Part shown: positions 26,380 to 37,282 of the stretch, one piece after another
How positions within the stretch are numbered: position 1 is the first letter of the stretch
Layout: every line of letters begins with the position of its first letter
Assembly: GCF_009834535.1 (NCBI RefSeq)
Contig: NC_045697.1
Coordinates: forward strand, 67,768,001 to 67,832,000
DNA from: Camelus ferus
Lineage: Eukaryota
Direction: 5' to 3'
DNA length: 64,000 nt
Program-made: the position numbers and the translations under genes
Notes under the pieces: generated by a model
Told to the model about the DNA's origin: nothing
The model's input: the letters and a program-made list of their open reading frames with translations, nothing else
The model's database searches: none

Positions 26380-26510
26380 GGGGTGGAGTCCTTCCCCTTA
26401 TTTTATTGATGAGGAAACTGAAGGTGAGCCAAGGTGAGTAACTTGCCCAGGATTACAGAATAAACGGATGGAGGGGACAGTGCCAGACCTGTCCTGCTCC
26501 ATCTTCTACA
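26380..26510 (-). mobile_element. MIR core
   Basis: attttattgatgaggaaactgaagg...ggtgagtaacttgcccaggattacag. Confidence 0.8.
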
Positions 26511-26899
26511 ACAAGTATCATCCATATGACTAGCACCCAATTTAAATTTATTGGCTCTGAAATTGCCACTCTCATGGAAACGATTCTGCTTATTCAGATT
26601 TTTTTTTTTAATTAGATTTGACTGGAAAAGATAAAGTGGAAGAAATACAAATTCAAGGCAGCTCTAGAAGATAAGATTAAAATGAGATTTGGGGATAAAT
26701 TTGGGGTTTTGTTTATTTGTGATATTCTAATTATCCACAGAAAAATACCATTGCTTCTAATAAATCAACAGAATGGTTAGTAAGGTTTTATAAGGTTCCA
26801 TGTCTCTTAAATAAAATTCCTGCCAAAATAAAAGTAGTAAATCCAGTCCCATGTTTTGAGTATAATCATTCAATGTATCACTTGTATTTCATTTAAAAT

Positions 26900-27420
26900 T
26901 CCATATCCATAGTGCTCACTCAACGTTCTTTGCCACCTAATGATTAAGGACATTCTAGTGAATCAACAATGAGCAGCATTACAGGTAGGTGGGAACGTTT
27001 AAGTTGTGAGAGGCATGATATATGCCATCAAGATACTCATAATCAAGTGAAGGAAATGAAACAAGTCTTAGTATCTATTACTGTAGAAGGGAGGATATGG
27101 GGAATTCTGAGTCAGGCATGCGAAGTGCAGGGATGGCTCAGAAGAGGTCAGTGGAAACTACAGAGCAGGGACAACTTTTGCACTAGGACTTGCAGGCAGG
27201 CAGGCAATATTTGGACAGAAAACAGAGTAGGTAGGAAAGAGAAACAGGGTATTCCAGAAAGAAAGAAGTCCTGAGAAAAAGCACAGCAGCAGTGAAAAGC
27301 GGAGCCTATTTTATGTAATGTAATGTGTAATTCATTTGAAGAAGTTGAATGGGAGAGACAGTGGAACCATCTGTTGGAGATCTTTGAATGTTCTATGAAG
27401 AAATTTGAATTTAATCACCA
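26900..27420 (-). mobile_element. L2 fragment (degenerate)
   Basis: Purine-rich antisense L2 motifs such as gggtattccagaaagaaagaagtcctgagaaaaagcacag. Confidence 0.5.
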
Positions 27421-29939
27421 CCTTTGAAAGAGATTCATAAATTCTCTCAAGTTCCCAGCTGGAATCAGTAGGTGATGTAACCTAAAATGATAGGTAAATT
27501 TCTTCCATTTCTATATTAGAATTGAAGTGTTAAAAATCACAAGAGACCTATAACATCAGGTGAGACTATTTCCTTGTCAGAGATCCATGGACGTTTAGAC
27601 TGCAGGTAGGCAGTGGCCTTTGGTCTCAAGAGACAGACTCCAGCCATTAAAAAGTAATATTTCCCTTTGCTGGAAAGTTAAATTAATCTGCTTTTCTATG
27701 TAAATACCCATTACACAGATTTCCCCCCAAATATGGCTCGCCTAAATAAACAATATAAATAGTAAAAGACAAATGCATTTTTTGCCAATTATTCTGTAGT
27801 TTAAAATGTTAATAAATATTGCTGACTGTGCTAGACTGTACTAAAATGGTTGAGAAACAAACTGTCCCTATGTTAAGTATTCTTTATGTGATGAAACAAC
27901 GTGTACTTTCTGAAGATGTTCATGAGAAAAGGATAAACACGTTTATAATATATTTAGTGAAAAAAAAGTCACAAAAATGTGATGGCATGCTGTACTAAAA
28001 TCTATACAAATGTAAAGAAAACCTTGTAGGACTTCTGATAGTATTAACATTCTGTCTTGAATTGTTGGAGTTTAATATTGTTTAAAATTTTCAGTGCTAC
28101 TTTTGTAACCTAAAGACATTGATCCAGTTGATGCCAAAGAACTTTTAGTATATTCTCAATAAAATGGCATTGCAGCATTTTGAAGAAATTCATAAAGATG
28201 TCCTTTACTTCATCCTACAATCCCTCCCTCTCCCAAACTCACCAGAAAACAAACTTACATGCACTTATTTTAAGATTTTGTCTAAGTGATGAGAGGTGTT
28301 CTCCCCGACTAAACTTGCAGTAATAGGTCTCTACATTCTTTGTCATACATGCAAGGCACAGATGCACAAACCACTAGCTACTACGATGATGTGACATGTA
28401 AATAGGGTTTCTTGAGGTCAAACTTGTGAGCAGAGAAGTATAGGAGCACTTGAAATTCATAAGCCCTCAGCCCAGAGAAGACTTAGACCTGCTACGGCTG
28501 GGGCTGGCTTATGCACTGCAGGAAAGAGCTCCTGGGGAGGGCGCTTCCTAGTAAGGGAAATAACAGGCTGAGCCTGTCATGACAAAGGTGCGACAACAAG
28601 ATCTTTCTTGTCAAGACAAAGTAACAAGGCTGTGTCCCCAGAGCTCAGAGTCTGTCACCAGCCAGTTCTTCAGTGAGCTGCCCTAGAACTACCGAAGGGT
28701 TTCTTGGCTTCTTGCTCATCATCCAAAGTGGAGGAATGGGGCCTCCGAAGTTACTGAATTAGTCTCTTGTCATCTGTGTAATATAGTTTGGGCAAATCCC
28801 ATGTCAGTGTAGCTGAGCAGCCAAGTAATTAGAACAGTTAATTGATATAATATCTGAAAGTTTAAATAGGAAAGACATAGCTCAGCAGTGATTTAGTAGA
28901 AAGCCGAAACTGTGAAGTGATTGAAAGTACGTGGTGTGTAAATAGTATTAACTATTACTTCTGGCGTGAACAAGCTTGTAGTTTCATTATAGCTTGAGAG
29001 ATGAAATACGCACATGTGAAAATATTTCAATAATCATGATGCTTCAACAATCCAAAATGAGTCAAAATAATCATTGGTATGCATTTATTACTTGAGCAAT
29101 TTTATGAATACGATGATAGAAAGTAACTTCATGATTTTAGAAAGGTTAATATGAAATCTGTTAAACATTATTTGCAACTTGTCTTTTTTAAATTTTTCAC
29201 TTTTTTGCTGCATTCAACATTAAATTTAAAACAAAGAAAATAGATTAACATCTAAGAGTATGAGAGATGTTTTCTTTTCCAACACATAATCAGAATTTTA
29301 ACAGTTTTACTCAGTAATTAGCTTTCCAATTACTATTTCTACTTTTATTTTTCAGAATGCAACCTATACCCACCTTGTAAGCAACTGCTAATATTTAAAA
29401 ATTTTTAAAAGTTGGTACATTATTAATAATTAGTCACTCTTGTAGACATTGCCCTTCTACTTTTAGGTTCCAATCATTGACGTGACATTATAAACATAGA
29501 ATTCAGAAGGCTATTTGGAATAACCCCAAAATGAAACATAATAATTCATTCAATAAGTTAAATTTTCATGCATTTTAGAATTGTCTTAGATCTATAGAAT
29601 CATGAACATCTCAATCCCCTGCTCAAGAGTGCAGCGCTTTTCTTGGGATCTCACCACGTACATTGTTGTCATTCTCCATGGGAAATGAAGCAATATTATA
29701 TAAACATCAAACACAGACTATATTCAATCAAAACTGCTTCTTGAAATTTCTAGTTATTCATTCAATTCTTAAAAAACGAAAAACAAAAAAACAGACAAAT
29801 AGAAATTTTGGCAGGCCATTTCCTGAAGCACTTTTTAGTGTCAGAATAATCATGTATCTACATTATTTTTATTCATGATACTAGATTATTTAAAAATTTT
29901 TCCCTTTACTGACATTTAGCATTTATTGTATACTTTTAA

Positions 29940-30100
29940 TCTTCCAAGTACTTGAACACTATTTTATTTAATAATCATAAAACCAAGTATGATATGCTAT
30001 TCTTACCCCAACTACAAAAATCAGAAACAGAAATCAATGAGTTTCAGTAAATTCTCCAGAGTCACGCACCTAATAATTATGAGCCTACTCTATGCCCCCA
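29940..30100 (-). mobile_element. MIR fragment
   Basis: attttatttaataatcataaaacc...agtaaattctccagagtcacgcaccta. Confidence 0.5.
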
Positions 30101-30764
30101 TTCCACTTATGTTAAGAGAAAATAGGACATTGCGAGAGGGTTGAAATTATATTATTTTTTTATCTTAACTACCTGACATAACCTTATTTAGATCTTGATT
30201 ATTGTCCAAGGAAAGAATATGTAGTTATGATCCTAGTCTTTGAAATACGGTTTGTCTTTTATAGTTGCACAATAGTTTAATTTAGATGGTTCAATTTCCC
30301 TAAGAGACACCTTTAACATAATCTAGAAAAATAATAAAAACTTTATCTATTATATTTTCAATGTGTAATTCCCCAGAGGTGCTAAGGACTTTTAAGCCAT
30401 GGTGAGAGAAGCAGCTAAAGTTTATAGTCAAAGTCTGGTTGGCGGCAGTTAGTCACAAGTTAAGCGGGACACCAAGAAAAACCAACTAAACAAAACCCCA
30501 GAACACTGAATTACATGTATCAGAATAACTTTGAATTACATCAGTTAACAAACACAGGTATATTAAAATAAGATGTCCTTATTAAGTATGACTATATATT
30601 AATCAGTAGCCCCATTGACTAAAAATCAGAAAAATGATCCTGCAGAAGAGTAATGAAATCCAGATTTAAAAAAACACACACATTTTTAACACTGTATCTA
30701 GAGATGTACATTCCATGCAGTGGGAGATAAGGGTTTACATGAAGAAGAGGAGAAATAAAGGATG

Positions 30765-30920
30765 CTGACCACCATTTATTAAAGTCTACAATATGCTTGC
30801 TACTTCACATATCCTATCTAATTTGGTCTTTCAACAACTCTATTATATAATTCACTTGGATGAACAATCTGAAGCTAGTAGAAGTTAAGTAAATAATTCA
30901 AGGTCAGCTACATGAATATG
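30765..30920 (-). mobile_element. MIR fragment
   Basis: catttattaaagtctacaatatgc...gatgaacaatctgaagct...gttaagtaaataattcaaggtca. Confidence 0.6.
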
Positions 30921-33499
30921 AGCAGTAAAATTTAAAAGGTTAGAGAGGAAAAAGAGCAGTAGTAATGAGGTGAAAGAGAGCTAAGCTCTGATTGGTTGAT
31001 AGGTTTTACTTTGATTTGCTCTACTTTCACTGATACTTTTAAGTTTAGCAATTCTCTGTGAGATTTCTTGGTACTCAAGTGAAATGAGTAAACTTCTCTT
31101 GTAAATGTTTCAGAAGAAATCAACTAGTTTATTTCCATTTCAACCACCTTGATTTCAGACTCTGCAAATTAAAACAGAAAATCTAGTTAAGTGAGAATTT
31201 ACAGATATGCTGATAACTGAGAGATTTAACTGTTAGAAATGTAAATCCACAAAGTGAAATCCATTATATTCACATAATTTGCAAATTTAGCACAACATAA
31301 AAAAAGAGTTTTGAAAACTAGAGTAGGTGGTGATAGGAAAACATTCATAATATTATCCATTTTTTTCCAAACTTTCATGAAGAAGGTAGTAATTCATAAA
31401 TTATTTATTCATTAAAAGAAGTACTTAATCCAGAGGAAGGTTTTCCAGATTTTACTACTTGTGTGAAAAAGGTGTATGTCTGAGCAGGATGGCAGTGAGC
31501 AGGCAATTGAAGTATTAGATGATAGTCGCTAAAAGATGGATAGGGATGTTCCTGATCTACTTTTTAATAAGCAAATGAATGACAAGCTGATATTTTGCCC
31601 ATTTGACTATCAGAAAATTGTAGTTTTGGAACAGATTTTCAGTTTCAGTATATAATTTCTGGGAATAATTCCCAGAATGATATATGATCAGACCCAGCCG
31701 TCTTAACCTTTTTTATTTTCCCTTTAGGTAGATGTAAGCCTATTTCTGAAATGCAGAGTATATAAACAAAAACAAAGCCATGTTCTGAAATACATGATCA
31801 GATTGAGAAGAGCTCTGCTTCTATTTGTGTGCTACACACAGTTTGTTGGCACTGCGTTCTAACAACCTGTACACACTCCCAGAGCCCCTGTGGCATAAAT
31901 TGGCACGTAGCATAGGCTGTTGATAATCATGCCTGACATGTGCTTCCAGGTATTTGGCATCTAAAAGTACAGTGTGCACTTGTCAGCTGGGCAGCCGTAT
32001 TCAGGGTTGGGGTGGGGGGTGGGGAGAAATGAAGAGTAGGAAAAGTTTTAAACTTCAAGAAGTTACCTGATACTTGCATCTTCAGCAGAATCAAATTTTC
32101 TTTCAAATCATTCATTAGGCATTGGCTTTTTGGTTTCACCACTCCCTCCTCTAATTGGTTTTAACCAATTTCATTTCTAAGGAAACTAAAGCATAGGTAC
32201 TCTTTATCTGCTGCCAAGATCTATGCTCTGAAGATTCAGTAGTCATTGCTGGTGACATGTTGTAAGTTTTTTGATTCTAGCTATAATTGAGCTGTTATTC
32301 TTGTTTTTCTTCTTTATCTGGCAATAGTCTGCTATAATAAAGTAAATGAATCAATGAATGAATGAGTGAATGATCAAATGAAATAACAATGAAGCTGAGA
32401 TTATATATAATAACTGTTGCTTAGATAGGGGTTAGTCATGTCAACTAGTGCTCTTTCCATGTAGCACACCGGGCAATTTTATTACATTTCTCATAGATGG
32501 ATTTCTTCTCCTTTTCAAGGTGTTTCAGGGTGAAATCATCTCATTAATAACATGCCCTGTCTTTGACTTTTAAGCATGCCACAAGTTTTCTTCTCAAGAA
32601 ACAACTAATGCCAATTGCACTTTTGACTGCATGAAGTATTAATTACCTTTTCAATGTATTCTAGTAATGTTACATAAGTGTGCTTAAATTCTCACTAGTA
32701 GACACATCACAAAATTTTTCCATGGGCAATAAAACTGTTTTTTTTTTGTAAAACAACATTCTTATAGTATTAAAGAGTGTGTCAGAAATTCAGGAGTTAG
32801 TCATCAAAGATGTATATCTATTAAGTTAAAAAAAAAGTAATTCAAGTATTCTTAAAGATCATTGCTCATTCTGCCAAGAAAAGGCCATCTTACTGAGCAC
32901 TGCAGGCTACATAATAGGGGCTGTTTTTATTAGACTCAGCTAAAGCCTTTATCAGGTTTCTGGTTTTTTTAGATTGCTAAATATAATGTGAGAGGGGCAT
33001 TTTTATTGCTTCAAGACTTAAGTGTAGCCAATCAATGATTTCTCATTATTATGTTCGGCTAATAATGCAGAAAATATCTCCTTTATTACATTTAAAAACA
33101 GTGGACTTTCTGTGGAAGGCATTTATCTCATAGAAATAGCCCAGATTTGTTGGGTATACATAAACATACATCATTTACATAAAAAGTCCTACTAGAGGTA
33201 CAATTCTAAAGATTACTCAGAAGATTATAAATTATGTTTTATACAATTTGTGGGAGATTTTAAACCTTTCAATTAATTTACTTTTTTCCAAAAAGAAATT
33301 CTTATTTTTTAAAAAACACCCAGAGATTGTCATATGATAAAGTTGAAGAGAGAAAATGAACCATACATTTCATTCTGAAATAGTTAATCTTAACATGTTT
33401 CCACTATTAAAATTAGTGTATCTGTATGCATTTACTTTAAATTTTAATGAAATTAAAGTCATGCTGCATATGATATTTTTAACCTAATTTACCTTGGTG

Positions 33500-33880
33500 A
33501 TATAATATTGTTTTATATAACAAATGCATTTCTATGATGCCATTTTACATGGCTGTGTAGCATTCTAAATTAAGGATCTAGTGCATTCAAATACCAATAT
33601 TATGACCTGAAGGTTATTTATATTTTTCCTCTATATGAAATAATGTTAAACAAAACATTTTTTGTAGCAAAATAATCCTTAATAATCCTTAAGTAATGAC
33701 CAAGTTTGCAAGTGGTCCCAGTCTGTGTTCTATAGCATACCAAAGAAAATGTATATTGCTTTTTCAATTGGCTAATATTACTAAATTGTTCTCAAGTTAC
33801 AACAAGACAGTTGATCTTAATCAGCAATGGATGCATATTATCTTTCTATGAAATTTACATTGATTCTTCAAGAATTCACA
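33500..33880 (-). mobile_element. Very old L1 (L1ME4-like) antisense fragment
   Basis: cattttacatggctgtgtagcattc...aaataatgttaaacaaaacatttttgtagc...ctaaattgttctcaag. Confidence 0.45.
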
Positions 33881-35115
33881 AAATGCAATATGCTACTCCT
33901 ATGTTAATATGGTTCTACTAACTGACAAAGGGTGAATCTGACTTGTTTATCCCCTGCTATGTTGTTAGACTCAGTTAATCAGCATGCCTTGTCATTTCTA
34001 TTTCAACTAGGCACTGAAGTCATAGTTTGGATGAACACTTTCTTAGTGTCACTGAAAATCCATTACTGGTTTTAAAGACTACATTGTGGGCTCATATGAT
34101 CTTACCAGAACTCTTCCTCCTAACTTGCTCTTGTAATTTCACATTGACTCAATCTGAGGATGTGTATGCACGTTCACACTGCATACTTGCACCTGTCTAA
34201 TTTCCTCAAATACTTAACTAAAGTGAAAGCAATGCCCAGAAGAGGTATATTATAATGAGCTCGCTCCATTAACCTTGAATTTCTGGCATAATTTATTTTT
34301 GGAAGGAAGATGGAAGGAAGCATATCAGTCTAACTTCATATGACTTGTAATCAATATTAGAAATTCCTGTGTAGAATAAATACCTAGGTGCCGAGGCAAC
34401 ACTGGATTGATATTAATTTATACACTTGAGTCATTGCTTGGAGAAAGATCTGAAAGCACAAGCCCATCCACTAGCCTGTTGTGACTTGAAATCACTCCAG
34501 AATCTATCATTTGCAATAGACAGTAATTTCATACTCTGATGTCAGCAAGTCAGAGTATCTGATACCAATAAAAACTTTAAATATCATTTGCAAAAAACTT
34601 ATTTTAGTAATTTGAGAATTTGAGCAAAGAACACACCAAATATTTTTATAGGTGAAAAGAAAATAAGAAAACTAAAACCTCAAGGTATTGGGGAAAAAAA
34701 ATAGAGTTAGGTTTTCAGTAAAAGCAACTCTTTGTGAAGTAAAACAATGGTTCTAAATAAATATATATGCATTTGAAACAGCATACCTGGATTGCTTTAA
34801 AAGAAGACCTTTACCTTTTCCTTAAAATACAATTCAGTTTTATTCTGAGGATAATTTCTTACACGGGAAAGCCCAGATTTATGTACCATTTAAGGGCTGT
34901 GATATGATAAAAGCTATGAAACTCATTGTTTCATAAATAATTTGGTAGTTTTTTTAAGCGTGACTAAATACCAGTTGTCATAATTACTATCATTTTTTTA
35001 ATCACTAAGCTATGTATTTAGTCTTTTTCATCTCCTAAATGAAATTAAGAAAAATAGAAGTAGATCATTTTGTATTCTCTTTTCCTGTATACAACATTTA
35101 AACAGCACAAAATGA

Positions 35116-35758
35116 TTTTTTTTAAATTTTATTTTTTATTGAGTGCAGTTGATTTGCAATGTTAGTTTCAGGTGTACAGCGAAGTGATTTAGTTGTACAT
35201 ATACATCCATATTTTTTCCAGATTCTTTTCGAGTATATGATATTGCAAAAAGTTGAATACAGTTCCCTGTGCTATACAGAAGGTCCTTGTTTATCTATTT
35301 TATCTGTAATAATGTGTATCTCTCAATCCCAAATTCTAATTTATCCCTCCCCATGCTTTCTCCTTTGGTAACCATAGTTTGTTTTCTACGTCCATGAGTC
35401 TGTTTTTGGTTTGTAAATAAAATTTGCATAATTTTTTTTTAGATTTTACATACAAGTGATGTTATATGATATGTGTCTTTCTCTGTCTGACTTACTTCAC
35501 TTAGTATGAAATCTCTAGGTCTATCCATGTTGCTACAAATGGCATTATTCAATTTTTTTATGGTTGATTAATATTCCATGTACATATATATCATATTTTC
35601 TTTATCCAGTCATCTGTCGATGGACATTTAGGTTGTTTCCATGTCTTGGCTATTGCAAATAGTGCTGCTATGAACTCTGGGGTGCATTTGTCTTTTCAAA
35701 TTATAGTTTTCTCCAGATATATGCCCAAGAGTGGGATTGCTAGCTTACCATATGATCC
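35116..35758 (-). mobile_element. Cetartiodactyl-type L1 3' end with a short 5' inversion
   Basis: Poly(T), then acagttccctgtgctatacag, tggtaaccatagtttg and atgcccaagagtgggattgct; the segment 35742-35758 is inverted. Confidence 0.92.
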
Positions 35759-36136
35759 TGCATTGTATGGGAGTTCTTTGGAAGAACAGAAATTAATAAC
35801 AGGAACATTGCAATCATATCATTTAAATTTATAGTTTACTGAATATTAAAATTATTAAATTATTGGAAACAGGGGTAAAATGTGGATTGAATTAATGCAG
35901 AATACCGTATGATTTTCATCCATAAATTGCAAAACAAGTTTTTTTCTTTCTTTTTTTTGTTGTTGTTGTTGGCCAATTTATATGTTAAACTGCGATTTCA
36001 AATCAGTATTAACTTTGGTAAGCCAAATGTACATCCACTTCACAGTTCCCATCTTAAAGGCAATGGGTACTATGTTCAATCCTGGTGTAGCTATGTGGGA
36101 ACAAGTCAGACCAGAATAGTGAATCTGAATTTGACC

Positions 36137-36592
36137 TGTACAGCAGGCACGGCTGTTGCCCTGCTCAGGTCTACTTTGAGGGCTTTTTCACCCATCTCTC
36201 AGTTGCCAAGACTGCCAGCTGCTCTCAGCTGCCTCTTCCTTTGAATATTGCCCTCTTCTGATGGAAACTGCTTGGCAAGGAAATATATAGGAAATTATGC
36301 TCCCCTTCCATCTCCTAGGCAGCCTGTGAGCAATGAGTTATTGACAAGGGTGAAAAGCAAGGGCCCTTGCTTCAGGTGGGACAATGCAGTGGTACCTTCC
36401 TCACTCCAGGATTCCCTGTGCAGTGAGACCGAGGCCAGACTTCACCTGCATTCACATCTGTGCCTAGCTTTTCCCTGACTTATTCCGCTGTCCTCACTTG
36501 CTACAGGTGTCAGCCAGACCACTTCTTCAATACATCACTTGCACAAGAATCTATTTCTCAGACTCTGCTTGTAGGGAACATGATCTAAGACG
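36137..36592 (+). mobile_element. ERVL LTR (LTR16-like)
   Basis: gggcccttgcttcaggtgggacaa; 3' end caatacatcacttgcacaagaatc...tcagactctgcttgtagggaacatgatctaagac. Confidence 0.85.
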
Positions 36593-36720
36593 ATTTGGTA
36601 TCCTTAGTGAAAAAAATTCAGAGTCAGATACTGAAATGAACCTTTTCTTAGTGTAAAGTGCAGGCAGTCCCAGATGATTATGACTTGTGCATTCATTCAT
36701 TTACAACAAGAATTTCCCTA

Positions 36721-36996
36721 CAGTTTTATTGAGATACAATGAACATACGGCAGTGTATAATTTGAAGATGTATAGCATAATGATTTGACTTACATACATC
36801 ATGAAATGATTACCACAGTAAGGTTAGTGAAGGTCCCTCATCTCATATAAATACAAAGTAAAAGAAAACAGAAATATTTTTCCTAGTGATGAGAACTCTC
36901 AGGACTTACTCTTTAAACAGCTTTCATATATAACATACAACAGTGTTAATTAGATTAATCATGTTGTACATTACATCTCTCGTACTTATTCTTGTA
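36721..36996 (-). mobile_element. L1 3' terminus (laurasiatherian type), antisense
   Basis: cagttttattgagatacaat...gaaatgattaccacagtaaggttagt...gtgatgagaactctcaggacttactct. Confidence 0.85.
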
Positions 36997-37068
36997 TTAA
37001 AAAAAAAGTGTTCAGAATATTGGTTTATGTCTTAGTCCTAGTCTGTTTGTATTTAAAATCAATGCAGT

Positions 37069-37282
37069 AGAGATTTGCAGATACAAACTACTACATATAA
37101 AATAGATAAACAAGTTTCTACTGTATAGCACAGGGAACTATATTCAATATCTTGTAGTAACCTATGATGAAAAAGAATATGAAAATGAATATATGCATGT
37201 ATATATATGACTGAACTATTATGCTGTACACCAAAAATTGACACAACATTGTAAATTGACTATACTTCAATAAAAAAAGAAA
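37069..37282 (+). mobile_element. Young 5'-truncated L1 3' end
   Basis: ctactgtatagcacagggaactatattcaatatcttgtag, A-tail, and a perfect 14-bp TSD aaaatcaatgcagt (37055-37068 / 37283-37296) at a TT/AAAA site. Confidence 0.95.

Noticed and set aside
34100..34165. 48-nt minus-strand exon-like segment, and similar AG...GTAAG pairs at ~61425-61460 and ~63850-63875
   Set aside because: Stops in all phases or non-triplet lengths, and weak acceptors. They show how often such patterns arise by chance here.
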